64,000 nucleotides of DNA from Candidatus Latescibacterota bacterium (GTDB taxonomy: Bacteria; Latescibacterota; UBA2968). The notes beneath the pieces were generated by a model. That model was given only the letters and a program-made list of their open reading frames with translations, was not told the DNA's origin and ran no database searches. A program made the position numbers and the translations under genes. Shown here one piece after another: positions 21,080 to 32,747 of the stretch. Each line of letters starts with the position of its first letter. The first letter of the stretch is position 1. Where the stretch lies: contig OZ240241.1 of assembly GCA_965198115.1 (NCBI GenBank), forward strand, positions 2,304,001 through 2,368,000, given 5' to 3'.

Positions 21080-22327
21080 ATGGAGAAGCTATTTGCAGGG
21101 GATGGCGAAGTCAAGGTTGGGTCAGACGTTATGGATTTGGAGACGCGTTTATCGGTGATCCGGGCGCTGATTCCGCTGGGTCTGGAGGCCGTTGCCGACG
21201 TGCTCCAGCAGGAGGTGGAGCAGCTCGCAGGCGTTCGGTATGCGCGTAAGGGTTCAGAGCAGTCGCATCGTCGATGGGGAAGCCAGAAAGGGTCCGTGTA
21301 TCTGATGGACCAGAAGCTGCCGGTGGCCGTTCCCCGTGTGCGCGACGTCGAGTCCGATACGGAGGTTTCTCTGGCCGCATACCGGGGGATGCAGAGGCCC
21401 AGAGCGATGGATGAGAAGCTGCTGCTTCGTGTGCTCAAGGGAATCTCCTGTCGCAACTACAGAGCCTGTGCAGAGTCGGTACCCGAAGCGTTCGGAATTT
21501 CGGCATCCTCCGTCTCGCGACGGTTCATCAAAGCCACCGCAAAGAAGCTGAAGCAGTTCCAGGAACGACCGCTCGACGACTACGACTTGGTCGCCCTGTT
21601 CATCGACGGAAAGAGCTTTGCCGACGAAGAGATCGTGATCGCTCCGGGCGTCACGACGGACGGCCAGAAGATCCCCCTGGGCTTCGTCGAATCGGCGACG
21701 GAGAACGAACGGATCTGCCGTCAGCTGATCCAGGATCTCATCCGGAGAGGCCTGTGCTACGACCAGGGCCTTCTCGTTGTGCTGGACGGCTCAAAGGGAC
21801 TCCGCTGTGCCGTCACCAAAGCCCTCAAAGGGGATGTGTGCGTGCATCGCTGTCAGTGGCACAAGCGCGAGAACGTCGTCAGCTACCTCCCGGAGGCAGA
21901 ACGTCCAAGAGTTCGACGGAAACTTCAGAAAGCCTATGACTGCGACACCTACGAGGAGGCAAAGGCCGCACTCGAATCACTCAAACCCGAACTCAAGCTG
22001 ATGAATCAGTCTGCCGTGGCAAGCCTCGAGGAAGGACTGGAGGAAACCCTGACCCTCCACCGGCTGGGGATGCTCCCGTTCTTGAAGCGAAGCTTCCGAA
22101 CCACCAATTGCATCGAGGCGCTCAACAGCATGACCGGCAACCTGATACGGAAGGTCAACCGCTGGAACAACTCTCCTCAGCGACACAGATGGGTCGCGGC
22201 CGCACTCCTCGACATCGAACCACGCCTGCGACGCGTGAGCGGATACAAACACCTCCCGCTGCTCAGGCAAGCACTGAAAAACAACCTGAATCTCGGCGAC
22301 AATCAAGATGCTCGGCAGAGAGCATGA
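21080..22327 (+). CDS. IS256-family transposase
   Basis: FIDGK, VLDGSKGL, RCQWHKREN, RTTNCIE. Confidence 0.9.
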   Translation: MEKLFAGDGEVKVGSDVMDLETRLSVIRALIPLGLEAVADVLQQEVEQLAGVRYARKGSEQSHRRWGSQKGSVYLMDQKLPVAVPRVRDVESDTEVSLAAYRGMQRPRAMDEKLLLRVLKGISCRNYRACAESVPEAFGISASSVSRRFIKATAKKLKQFQERPLDDYDLVALFIDGKSFADEEIVIAPGVTTDGQKIPLGFVESATENERICRQLIQDLIRRGLCYDQGLLVVLDGSKGLRCAVTKALKGDVCVHRCQWHKRENVVSYLPEAERPRVRRKLQKAYDCDTYEEAKAALESLKPELKLMNQSAVASLEEGLEETLTLHRLGMLPFLKRSFRTTNCIEALNSMTGNLIRKVNRWNNSPQRHRWVAAALLDIEPRLRRVSGYKHLPLLRQALKNNLNLGDNQDARQRA

Positions 22328-22402
22328 ATACCACGGAGCCCGATGAGTTTCAACTGACTATGGGACTTGACCTGCCGTGTTCTACCCTGGTGATTCACCA
22401 CA

Positions 22403-23149
22403 ATGAGCACTTCCGAAATCATCACAGCCCTTAAGACCGACGGCGTCGTCCTCGTCGAAGACGTGATGTCCGACGAGCAATGCCGCCAACTGCTGGATGG
22501 CATCGAATGGGGCTTCCAGAACCGCGAAGGGCCTCTCCCGCTGCAACGTCAGCGAACCTACGAGTGGTTCCGCGAGCACCCGATTTTCATCGACCTGCTC
22601 GAGCATCCCCTCGTCATCACCGTCGCCGACGCCTGCCTTGGATCGGACTATCACCTCATTTGTGCCGAAACCACACGCAACGAGAAAGACAATCACTTCC
22701 TCGAGGGCGTGAAAAACATTCATCAGGATGATTGCTTCTTTCCCGAGGACCCGGACCTGTTGGAGGACATGCACACACGGATGTATGGCTTCACCGCGCA
22801 ATGGGTCGCGCACGACATTCCGGCAGAGATGGGCCCAACCGAGTTCATCGTCGGGTCTCACGAAGGAGACCGCCGCTACACCAACGACGAAGCACCACTT
22901 GCCATTTCGTTCGGGGATCACTTCCCAAAAGGCAGTCTCGTTTTCTATGATCATAGAACGTGGCATCGCGGAACCGACAACCACGTAACGACTCAACGCG
23001 ACCTCATGCAGAACTGCTACGCGTTGCACTCCGTCGACAAAGTCCAGATTCGCACACCTCTCGAAGATGGCACCGAGGTCTACGTTCCGTGTACCGACCT
23101 GATCGAATCAGGCAGCGAGCTCGTTCGAAAACTGTTGTCCCCGCTGTGA
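22403..23149 (+). CDS. PhyH family protein
   Basis: IHQD, MGPTEFIVGSH, WHRG. Confidence 0.85.
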   Translation: MSTSEIITALKTDGVVLVEDVMSDEQCRQLLDGIEWGFQNREGPLPLQRQRTYEWFREHPIFIDLLEHPLVITVADACLGSDYHLICAETTRNEKDNHFLEGVKNIHQDDCFFPEDPDLLEDMHTRMYGFTAQWVAHDIPAEMGPTEFIVGSHEGDRRYTNDEAPLAISFGDHFPKGSLVFYDHRTWHRGTDNHVTTQRDLMQNCYALHSVDKVQIRTPLEDGTEVYVPCTDLIESGSELVRKLLSPL

Positions 23150-23279
23150 TTCACGCCCTCCTGTCTTTGATCATGCGTAGCACCATCGGCCTCATCCTCC
23201 CTCTCGACAGCGGGATGTCTGGCCCCGGATCCCGGCTTCCGGGTGGAAGAGTCCGCCTCCAGCTCAACCCTATCAAAGG

Positions 23280-23573
23280 AAAACAGTCTGGCACCAGACC
23301 GCCTCGACCGAAGGCCCGGAGTGGCTGCAGGAGATCACCCGCTACTTCGAACTCGCCCCGACCACGGTCGACAGCGTGAAGCTACGTGAATACACGAATA
23401 GAGCGCGAACCTTGCACGCCGATCACATCCCCATTATCGTGGCGGGCACCACTTACCGGGTCTGGGGCGCCCACGTCAGCCTCGGAAACGTCCAAGACGT
23501 CAGCACCGACGCGGATACACGGCGCGGTTGGAGTCGCCCTATCTTTCACGAACAAATTTTTATCCGTCAGTAG
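23280..23573 (+). pseudogene. 3' remnant resembling a peptide ABC substrate-binding protein C-terminus
   Basis: ..GPEWLQEITRYF..HIPIIVAG..LGNV..WSRPIFHEQIFIRQ*; no start and no N-terminal part. Confidence 0.45.
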
Positions 23574-23621
23574 TGGACTTCGCCCCTTTGACCCGGGGCA
23601 CAGGATTGAAAGGTCAATGCG

Positions 23622-24420
23622 ATGACACTGGATGATCTGAAGCATCGTGTCAAAGAGGATGGCTGGTGCGTGATCGAATCTGTCATCCCACCCGATGACG
23701 TCGCGCAGGTGAGAGACAGCGTTCTTCACACCTCGGCCGCACACAAGCTGCCTGATCCACGCAGCTCTCTGGACAAAGTGTCCGGTCTGATCAACGTCGA
23801 TCAATCCTTCGCTCCATATCTCGCCGAGCCGCGTCTGCTGGGTCTGTGCAAGGCCCTTCTCGGAGAACACGTCCGTGTCTCCTACACCACCTGTATGGTG
23901 ACGCACCCCGGTAATGAACGTGGTCAGTGGCACGCCGACTGGCCGTTTAATCAGCAAAGCGCAGGGCACATTCCGGCGCCTTACGGGGATGCCATCGTGC
24001 ACGTGACGACAATCTGGATGCTGACTCCCTTTACAGGGGGAAACCGGAACCCTCATCGTCCCTCGATCGCATCGCGAGTCCAACAATCCGACCGGCGACA
24101 ACGGCGTTCCGCTGCACGAACCGCATCCCGACGAGGTATCGGCAGCCGGCGAGCCAGGGTCCGTCCTCGTGATGGACAGCCGTCTCTGGCACGCCATCAC
24201 ACCCAACCGCTCCGACGCTCCGCGTGTCGCGATGCCCATCCGCTACGCCCCGTGGTGGTTGAATCTCGAATCTCTGCGACCGGGCTCCGACGAACGCGAC
24301 CGCCTGACTGCGGGAGGACAGGGCGAAAACACCGTCCCTCCCGTCCCGTCAGACGTATTCGAGGATTTACCTGAGAGCGTCAAACCCCTGTTTCGTCATT
24401 GGGTCGACTACGCTGGGTGA
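23622..24420 (+). pseudogene. PhyH family protein, frameshifted ~24040
   Basis: WHADWP then GTLIVPRSH..DSRLWHA in another frame. Confidence 0.82.
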
Positions 24421-24446
24421 CGCACGAGTATCTGGGAGAATCGACG

Positions 24447-24866
24447 ATGGACACTTCCATACGACGGGCGGAATCCCGTGACCTGGATTTCGTCAGTCAG
24501 GACAACTACACGACGAGGGCTGTGATTCGGCGGAAGATCGATTGGAACGAAGTGTTCGTCGCTGAGAAGGACGACACCTTGGTTGGATATCTTCGACTCG
24601 AATACCTCTGGTCCAGCGAGCCCTACGTGTCTCTGATCAGGGTGCTCGAACCCCATCGCAGAAAGGGTGTCGGACGCGCCCTCCTGAAGTTTCTTGAAGA
24701 CGCGCTCAGAGAAGAGGGTCATACCGTGCTTTACAGCTCGTCACAAGCAAACGAGAAAGAACCTCAGGCCTGGCATCGACACGTAGGATTCATCGAGTGT
24801 GGGATTCTCAACGGTGTGAACGACGGGATAGGCGAGATCTTTTTCCGAAAACCACTCAACCAGTGA
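24447..24866 (+). CDS. GNAT acetyltransferase
   Basis: VLEPHRRKGVG motif A, WHRHVGF. Confidence 0.85.
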   Translation: MDTSIRRAESRDLDFVSQDNYTTRAVIRRKIDWNEVFVAEKDDTLVGYLRLEYLWSSEPYVSLIRVLEPHRRKGVGRALLKFLEDALREEGHTVLYSSSQANEKEPQAWHRHVGFIECGILNGVNDGIGEIFFRKPLNQ

Positions 24867-24874
24867 CCGTCAAG

Positions 24875-25396
24875 ATGCGACTTATTCCGGAATCCCTCAC
24901 CACCGATCGTCTTACGATGGCACGAATCTGTCCTGATGACGAGGACCTACTCTACGGTATCCACACGGATGAGCGCGTTATGGCCACGCTGGGAGGCTCA
25001 AAATCAAGGCAACAGAACAGAGACTGGGTGCAGGAGAAGGTGCAGCACTGGGAGGACAACGGCTATGGTCTCTACGTCTTCTTCGACAGCAGCGATAACT
25101 TCATCGGGCGCGGCGGCTTGCTCCTCGCGGAAATCGAAGGTAAAGAGGAAGTGGAGATCAACTACTCGGTCGGGTCAGACCATTGGGGCCAGGGCTACGC
25201 GACCGAAGCCGCAACCCGGTTCGTCGAACTCGGATTTGCTCACCTTCCGGTTGAATCCATCATCGCGTTCACCCTCACGACCAACGCGGGCTCCAGGCGC
25301 GTCATGGAGAAGATCGGTCTAAAGTACTCTCACGACTTCGATCACCACGGCAATCCCCACGTTCTGTACCGCACTCATAGGATCGACGAGCGGTGA
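24875..25396 (+). CDS. GNAT acetyltransferase (RimJ/RimL-like)
   Basis: WGQGYATEA, NAGSRRVMEKIG. Confidence 0.87.
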   Translation: MRLIPESLTTDRLTMARICPDDEDLLYGIHTDERVMATLGGSKSRQQNRDWVQEKVQHWEDNGYGLYVFFDSSDNFIGRGGLLLAEIEGKEEVEINYSVGSDHWGQGYATEAATRFVELGFAHLPVESIIAFTLTTNAGSRRVMEKIGLKYSHDFDHHGNPHVLYRTHRIDER

Positions 25397-25531
25397 ATTC
25401 CCGCCTTTCCTCATAGTGGCCAAGACCGTTCATTTGTCTACACAATCGAGCTCTACTCGGCCCCGAATAGGATGTGGTACCCGGGGTGCTCGACCCTCCG
25501 TGTCCTCAGTGGCAAGTTTTTGGGGGTAACA

Positions 25532-26395
25532 ATGCTGACCCAAGACCAGGTCGACTTCTACATCGAGAATGGCTACTTAGCCGTAGACAACATCCTGACG
25601 GCCGACGAGCTGGAGGCACTACGTCAGGTCACGGATAGTTACGTCGAGCAATCGCGAACGATTACCGAGAGCGACGACGTCTTCGACCTCGAACCCGGCC
25701 ACTCCGCCGAGCTCCCGAAGCTTCGCCGTATCAAGGGGCCTGCCGCACATCACGAGCTGTATGCAAGCACGATGCGCCACGCGCGTGCGCTCGACATCAT
25801 CGCCCAGCTGATCGGGCCGAACATCCGGGCGATCAGTCACAAATTGAACATGAAGTCGAGCGCATTCGGCAGTCCTGTCGAGTGGCATCAGGACTGGGCT
25901 TTCTTCCCCCACACCAACAACAACGTCCTCGCCATCGGCATCTGTCTGGACGACATGACCGAAGCCAACGGCTGCCTGATGGTCATGCCCGGATCCCACA
26001 AGGGCCGCGTCCTCAACCACCACCAGGAAGCCTACTTCGTCGGCGCCGTCACCGAACCCGACTTCGACGACTCGGCCGCCGCGAAGCTCGAGATACCGGC
26101 GGGCGGCATGTCCATCCACCACGCCCGCGCTCTGCACGGGTCCCTTCCCAATACGTCCTCGCAATCCCGTCGGCTTCTGCTTTTCACCTACGCCGCAGCT
26201 GACGCCTGGCCCATCCAAGGCACGACCTGGGAGGCCTATGAAAAGACCCTCGTGCGTGGGCAGTTGACGAACGAACCTCGTGTCGAGGAAGTCCCCGTCC
26301 GTCTCCCGCTACCGCAGCCTCCAAGACTTGGCTCCATCTACGAAACCCAGACCTTGCTCCATCGGTCCACCTTCAAACAGACAGCAGCGAGCTGA
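25532..26395 (+). CDS. PhyH family protein
   Basis: EWHQD, NGCLMVMPGSH, LHGSLPN. Confidence 0.9.
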   Translation: MLTQDQVDFYIENGYLAVDNILTADELEALRQVTDSYVEQSRTITESDDVFDLEPGHSAELPKLRRIKGPAAHHELYASTMRHARALDIIAQLIGPNIRAISHKLNMKSSAFGSPVEWHQDWAFFPHTNNNVLAIGICLDDMTEANGCLMVMPGSHKGRVLNHHQEAYFVGAVTEPDFDDSAAAKLEIPAGGMSIHHARALHGSLPNTSSQSRRLLLFTYAAADAWPIQGTTWEAYEKTLVRGQLTNEPRVEEVPVRLPLPQPPRLGSIYETQTLLHRSTFKQTAAS

Positions 26396-26432
26396 ATCTC
26401 TCCATTCCGCTCAGTACTTTAGGCAGGGTCGT

Positions 26433-26966
26433 TTGATCGAGGTGCGAAAATCGAACATCGAGGGCGTCGGTGTCTTCGCCACGCGATCGATCTCGGAAGG
26501 CGAAGTCATCCATCGCATCGATGATTCGCGAGTCGTCGACGAAGCACACCCCATCAGACCCGATCTCGAAGAGGACGAAAAGCACTGCGACTATTTGCCC
26601 AACGGGATGGTCGTCTTGATGCAGAGCCCCGCGGGCAGGTTCAATCACTCGTGCAGCCCGAACATCTATCACTACTCCGTCAACAGGCAGAGGTTCATCC
26701 TCGCGATGCGGGATATCGACGAAGGCGAGGAGCTTCACAACGACTACTCGATCGACGCGATCGGGGGCGCCGTCTGGACCTGTCGATGCGGAGCAGCGAA
26801 CTGTCGTGGAACACACCAGTGCGACTTCTTCGCACTTTCCGAAGAGCGCCAGCTTCAGTATCTACCCTACCTTGACCCCTGGTTCGTGGAAGTTCACGAA
26901 GATCGAATTTGTAACCTGCTCAAAAAAAATTGGCTCTATCCGGGTTTCTCAACGGTGAAACTATAG
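26433..26966 (+). CDS. SET domain protein-lysine methyltransferase; native stop disrupted by ISL3
   Basis: GVGVFA, RFNHSCSPN, ELHNDY, post-SET CRCGAANCRG; C-terminal LYPGFSTVKL is IS-derived. Confidence 0.85.
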   Translation: MIEVRKSNIEGVGVFATRSISEGEVIHRIDDSRVVDEAHPIRPDLEEDEKHCDYLPNGMVVLMQSPAGRFNHSCSPNIYHYSVNRQRFILAMRDIDEGEELHNDYSIDAIGGAVWTCRCGAANCRGTHQCDFFALSEERQLQYLPYLDPWFVEVHEDRICNLLKKNWLYPGFSTVKL

Positions 26967-28351
26967 AATGACAAGGTCATAGATCGTTCCCTACGCTTGG
27001 TTGTGTGTGTAGGACAATCAAAGCGAAGGGGGTGCGACCTATGACCGGGAGCAGATTACTATCGAAACTGCTGAGATTCAAGGGGTTCCGTGTTGTCAGC
27101 TGGTGGTTTGAGGGGAGAAGCTGTTTCGTCATCGCCGTAAAGCCCCATAAGAATGGTTGTTGTTGTCCGGAGTGCGGCCGTCGAGGTAAAATCGTCCGCA
27201 CAATGCCCCATCCGCGTCGGTGGCGTGACATTCCGGTGTGCGGGTGGAGGGTCTGGCTTCTCTACCATCCTCGGGAGATTCGGTGTCCTACCCACGGTCG
27301 TGTGGTCGAGGAGATTCCGTGGGCGGAGCGGTTCTCTCGGGTGACGTATCGCTTCGAGTATGCCATGCTGCGCTACTGCCAGACCATGACGCAGAAGGCG
27401 GCGTCCGAGTTGCTGCGCATCTCTGCCTCGACGCTGTCGGATCTCCTTCACCGATCCATCACGCGGCTTCGTGAAGGTCATCGTATCCGAGGGCTCAAAA
27501 CCATCGGGATCGACGAGATCTCCTACGCCAAGCGTCACAGGTACGCCACGCTCGTTTACGATCTGGACCGCTCCTGCGTGGTGTGGGTTGGCCTCGGCAG
27601 GGCGCGTAAAACGATCGATCGGTTTTTCACAGAGGCTCTCAGTCCCTACCGGAGATCCAAGATCGAGTGGGCCTGCTGCGACATGAGCGAAGCTTACATC
27701 GGAGCCATCCAGGAACACTGTCCGAATGCCAAGCTGGTCCTCGATCGCTTTCACATCGTCAAGGCTCTCAATGCCGCCGTTGACGAGGTCCGTAAGGACC
27801 AGTGGCGTAAAGCTGCCCCGGATGAGCGCAAAGCCATGAAGGGCCTCCGATGGCTCCTCTACCGGCACTCAGCGACACGCTCCAGAGGGGATACTCGGAC
27901 ACTCAAAGCACTGGAGAAGGCGAACTACCGAATCTATAGAGCCTGGAGACTCAAGGACGAGTTCGAGCAGTTCTGGGAATACAAAGCGCCCTGGGCTGCC
28001 GAACGCTTCCTGAAATGCTGGACGACGTCCGCACTCAGAAGTCGACTTGAACCCCTGCGAAAGTTCGTCAGGACCCTGCGACAGCACTTCTTCGGCGTCC
28101 TCGCATTCGTGAACACGCGTCTTACCAACGCCATCGCCGAAGGCCTCAACCGAATCGTCCAAATCGTCAAGAACCGAGCCAGCGGATTCCGCACACTCGA
28201 CGCATTCAACGATATGATCTTCCTTACCGTCGGAGACATAAACATCCCTGAGCAGATTCCGAAGAGGTTCCGCACACGCTAACCGCGCCCCCATGCCAGG
28301 AACCACGGCACCTTCACCCACTTCATCTCGTTGAGAGATCCGGATATAGCC
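26932..28351 (+). mobile_element. ISL3-family IS, full-length (1420 bp)
   Basis: IRs GGCTCT../..ATAGCC; approximate TSD CAAAAAAT. Confidence 0.93.
27005..28282 (+). CDS. ISL3 transposase
   Basis: CPECG zinc finger, IGIDE, CDMS, DRFH, TNAIAEGLN; true start may be ATG 27041. Confidence 0.93.
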   Translation: MCRTIKAKGVRPMTGSRLLSKLLRFKGFRVVSWWFEGRSCFVIAVKPHKNGCCCPECGRRGKIVRTMPHPRRWRDIPVCGWRVWLLYHPREIRCPTHGRVVEEIPWAERFSRVTYRFEYAMLRYCQTMTQKAASELLRISASTLSDLLHRSITRLREGHRIRGLKTIGIDEISYAKRHRYATLVYDLDRSCVVWVGLGRARKTIDRFFTEALSPYRRSKIEWACCDMSEAYIGAIQEHCPNAKLVLDRFHIVKALNAAVDEVRKDQWRKAAPDERKAMKGLRWLLYRHSATRSRGDTRTLKALEKANYRIYRAWRLKDEFEQFWEYKAPWAAERFLKCWTTSALRSRLEPLRKFVRTLRQHFFGVLAFVNTRLTNAIAEGLNRIVQIVKNRASGFRTLDAFNDMIFLTVGDINIPEQIPKRFRTR

Positions 28352-28386
28352 CAAAAAATAGCACTGCGACCAAAACGGATTGAAAG

Positions 28387-29503
<1,117 letters not shown>

Positions 29504-29507
<4 letters not shown>

Positions 29508-30418
29508 CAAGCTTGTTCTCGATCGCTCCTCTTTTCCGCCATCTCAGTGTCCTCAGTGGCGCAGTTTGCCTGTCCGTCGCAGTTGTGGTCACATCGTGTG
29601 ACCGTTCCGAACCCGCCTCTCAGATCGTCTTCGTCAGTAATCGCGACGGTAACCTCGATCTTTTCCTGATGAACCCCGACGGCACAGAACAACGCAACCT
29701 AACCCATACACCCTACGAGGAAGACGTCGCTGTTCTGTCGAAAGACGGCATACGTATCGCCTACGCCGATCGTCGCTACGGGAAAGTTGCCGAGCTTCAC
29801 GTGATGAACGTCGATGGTAAGAACTCGCGAAGACTGACCGATAACCCAACAGCCGACACACGGCCTCACTGGTCTCCAGATGATGCACGGCTCATCTTTG
29901 CGACCGACCGAGACGGGGATCCCGAGATTTATGTGATGGACCACGATGGGGACAATCAACAAAACCTGACACGCCATCCGACTTACGAAGCGCACTCCGA
30001 CTGGTCCGTCGACGATCGCATCGCTGTCGTGTCCGATCGCGAAGGCAACCCCGAGATCTACGTGATGAATCTCGATGGATCCGGATTACGGAACCTGACC
30101 AACGACGCGAGTCACGACGACGACCCCGCCTGGTCGCCTGACGGAGCCCGCATCGCCTTTTCCACCGATCGCGACGGGAACCAGGAGATCTACTCGATGC
30201 AAGCAGACGGTGCCGATTTGAAACGACTCACGCAGTCACCGGGCAACGACCGCCATCCAACCTGGTCGCCCGACGGCTCGCGAATCGCCTTCGCCACTGA
30301 CCGGGACGGCAACTTCGAGATTTACGTAATGAACGCCGACGGATCGGGCCAGACCAACATCACCAATCACCCAAAAAATGACCGCGCCCCTCACTGGTCT
30401 GTAAAGCCTGCGCTTTAG
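29504..30418 (+). CDS. TolB-like PD40 repeat beta-propeller (probably exported/lipoprotein)
   Basis: Six repeats of P.WSPDG.RIAF.TDRDGN.EIY; hydrophobic N-terminus ending VVTSC. Confidence 0.85.
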
Positions 30419-30486
30419 AACCGGCTTTCTTGCTCTCTTTCGTACATCGGAAATCTGCAATCGGATCTCGGATATCGCACTCATAG

Positions 30487-31398
30487 ATGGCCCATCAACA
30501 GATCTGCGTCATCGACGCCCCCTCCAACCTCGGTTTGCGCCCACCGGCAGAAGGCGTGCTACCCGGATGCTACAAATCGCCCTGGGCCCTGCGGGGCAGG
30601 AATCTGATAGACCAAATCTCAGCGACCGACGGTGGCAGTCTCGTCCCTCCAAGCTACTGTCCGGACTGGGAACCAGGGACGGGCGATCGCAACGCGGAAG
30701 CCATCGCGACTTTTTCAATCGACCTCGCGAACCGTCTCGAAGGAGTCATCGAGCGTGATCAGCCTGCCCTCGTCCTGGGCGGTGATTGCAGCATCCTGAT
30801 CGGAAACACGCTGGCTCTCAAGCGGCGCGGCCGCTACGGATTGGTCTTTCTCGACGCACACAGCGATTTCCGCCACCCCGAAAACGCGCCCCCCATCGGG
30901 GCGGCCGCCGGCGAGGACCTCGCGATCATCACAGGACGTGGCGATTCACGTCTCACCGACCTCGAAGGTTTGGGACCTTATGTGCAGGAAGATGACATCC
31001 ACGTGGCCGGGGTGCGAGAGGAGGACGAGCATCTATCAGAGATGGAGGCAATCGGAATAGCCGTGACCACAAATCGTGATATGGAGGAGACGACAGCATC
31101 AGACGTCGCCTCTCGGATTCTGCAAACGGTCGGGAAGGAAACCTCGGGATTCTGGATCCACTTTGACGTCGACGTCGTCGACGCCTCAGAGATGCCTGCC
31201 GTAGACTGCCCTGAGGAAGACGGGCCTTCCTTCCCCACGATCACCGCGTTGCTTGCAAAACTGCTTTCATCCCCCCATTGTCTTGGCCTTGAAGTCACGA
31301 TCTACGATCCCGATCTTGATCCATCCGGTAAAGGCGCAGACCGAATCGTCCAGTGCCTCACCACTGCCTATCGCAAAAGGCCAATCCCGAACGTCTGA
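30487..31398 (+). CDS. Arginase/ureohydrolase family protein (GGDCS variant)
   Basis: GGDCS, DAHSD, HFDVD, EVTIYDP. Confidence 0.87.
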   Translation: MAHQQICVIDAPSNLGLRPPAEGVLPGCYKSPWALRGRNLIDQISATDGGSLVPPSYCPDWEPGTGDRNAEAIATFSIDLANRLEGVIERDQPALVLGGDCSILIGNTLALKRRGRYGLVFLDAHSDFRHPENAPPIGAAAGEDLAIITGRGDSRLTDLEGLGPYVQEDDIHVAGVREEDEHLSEMEAIGIAVTTNRDMEETTASDVASRILQTVGKETSGFWIHFDVDVVDASEMPAVDCPEEDGPSFPTITALLAKLLSSPHCLGLEVTIYDPDLDPSGKGADRIVQCLTTAYRKRPIPNV

Positions 31399-31412
31399 AG
31401 GCGAGGTACGAA

Positions 31413-31649
31413 ATGTTTAGGGCAGGCATCTTCGGTTTTCTGGCGGCGGGTCTCTCTGTCGCGGTCGTGGCATTCGTCGTCGTCCTGTTTCTGGTCAAGC
31501 TTCTCTGGATGTGGACCATCCCCGATCTGTTTCCAGGTGCGGTCCAACAGGGTCTGGTCGCATCTTCGATCTCCTGGTTGACAGCTGGCAAGCTCGCACT
31601 CTTCGTCGCGTTCTTGTCGGGATTCGGCCATTCGCACAGCCGCTCGTGA
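31413..31649 (+). CDS. Small two-TM membrane protein
   Basis: Hydrophobic ORF with RBS GAGG; KLLWMWTIPDLFPGAV. Confidence 0.65.
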   Translation: MFRAGIFGFLAAGLSVAVVAFVVVLFLVKLLWMWTIPDLFPGAVQQGLVASSISWLTAGKLALFVAFLSGFGHSHSRS

Positions 31650-31721
31650 TGGAATCGCGGCTCGGCACGAGTCCAGTTCCTACACGGTAACCATCTGTTC
31701 TCTACTCGAATTGGGATTCTC

Positions 31722-32747
31722 ATGAAATCCATCTACTTCACCGATATTCACCTCTCCGAGGGTTTCGACTCCGACAAGGGCTTCGAGCGATGTCTCGAAT
31801 CGATGCTGACGCACGATCCGCAGCTGCTAATCAACGGCGGCGATCTTGGCGTGACGCAAGAGGCAATCGACCTATACCACGATTTGACGCAAGATGTCCC
31901 GATTCCCATCCTGCTCAGCAACGGCAACCACGAGATGTGCAGCGGCTATCTCCCCCGCGAAAAGGCCGGGACCGCGCACAGCAGCACCGACGTTGACGGC
32001 GTTCACTTCGTCATCCTGGACGTCGTTCGATACTTCGAGCCCACCGACGAACATCCCGCCAACTGGCACGCGTTAGCCGACGAGGCAATGTTGTCGTGGC
32101 TCGAGGACGATCTGTCCGGTGTCGATCACAGCACACCCCTTATCGTGGTTAGCCACATTGCTCTGTCGACGACGTTTCCTTTCCGCCACGGCCAGAAACC
32201 CGGAATGGACTTTCCCACGAATGAGGTCGTCAACACCGATCGAATCCTGGCACTGCTCGAACCATTCTCGAACGTCGCCACGCTCCACGGTCACGATCAC
32301 GAGAACTGTCGTCACTTTGCCGGTCACATCGAGGTGATGACCACCGCAGCAGTCGCTGGGAATTGGTGGAAGAACGGACTCGACAGCCGAACGGCTCACG
32401 GTCGCGAACCACAGGGCTATCGGCTCATCGATATCGACAACGGAACCATCACTAGCATATACGTCCCCTATTCATCCGATCCGGAACTGACGGCGGAGTA
32501 CGAGCGTCGCCTGGAATCGGGTCGACGCTTCATCAACGTCTTCGATGCATCGCCCCGCACGACCGTCGAGCTCGACGGAACAGGGCTTCTCGACCCCATT
32601 GACCCGCTCGCTAAATCCTCGATCGGTTTGGGTGCGCATCTCTATGAGCTGCCCCTCGGGTTCGATCAGAAGCAAGTCGATGCTCGCGTCACTTTCGAAG
32701 ATGGCCGTGTTCACGAACTGACCCTCGAGTGTGTGGAAGTGGAATGA
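31722..32747 (+). CDS. Calcineurin-like metallophosphoesterase
   Basis: TDIH, GGD, GNHE, SH, GHDH. Confidence 0.88.
   Translation: MKSIYFTDIHLSEGFDSDKGFERCLESMLTHDPQLLINGGDLGVTQEAIDLYHDLTQDVPIPILLSNGNHEMCSGYLPREKAGTAHSSTDVDGVHFVILDVVRYFEPTDEHPANWHALADEAMLSWLEDDLSGVDHSTPLIVVSHIALSTTFPFRHGQKPGMDFPTNEVVNTDRILALLEPFSNVATLHGHDHENCRHFAGHIEVMTTAAVAGNWWKNGLDSRTAHGREPQGYRLIDIDNGTITSIYVPYSSDPELTAEYERRLESGRRFINVFDASPRTTVELDGTGLLDPIDPLAKSSIGLGAHLYELPLGFDQKQVDARVTFEDGRVHELTLECVEVE

Larger units (their letters stand above)
19427..22372 (+). mobile_element. IS256-family IS carrying a nested IS1182 in its left IR
   Basis: Reconstructed IRL GGTGAGGTCCCTATCCTAGTTGAAACT matches IRR GGTCAAGTCCCATAGTCAGTTGAAACT; 8-bp TSD TGCCGTGT (19419-26, 22373-80). 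Confidence 0.88.

Noticed and set aside
29630-30400. Regularly spaced DNA repeats as a possible CRISPR array
   Set aside because: These are coding PD40 repeats; the propeller repeats at 42700-45760 are likewise coding. No cas genes and no constant repeat-spacer pattern.
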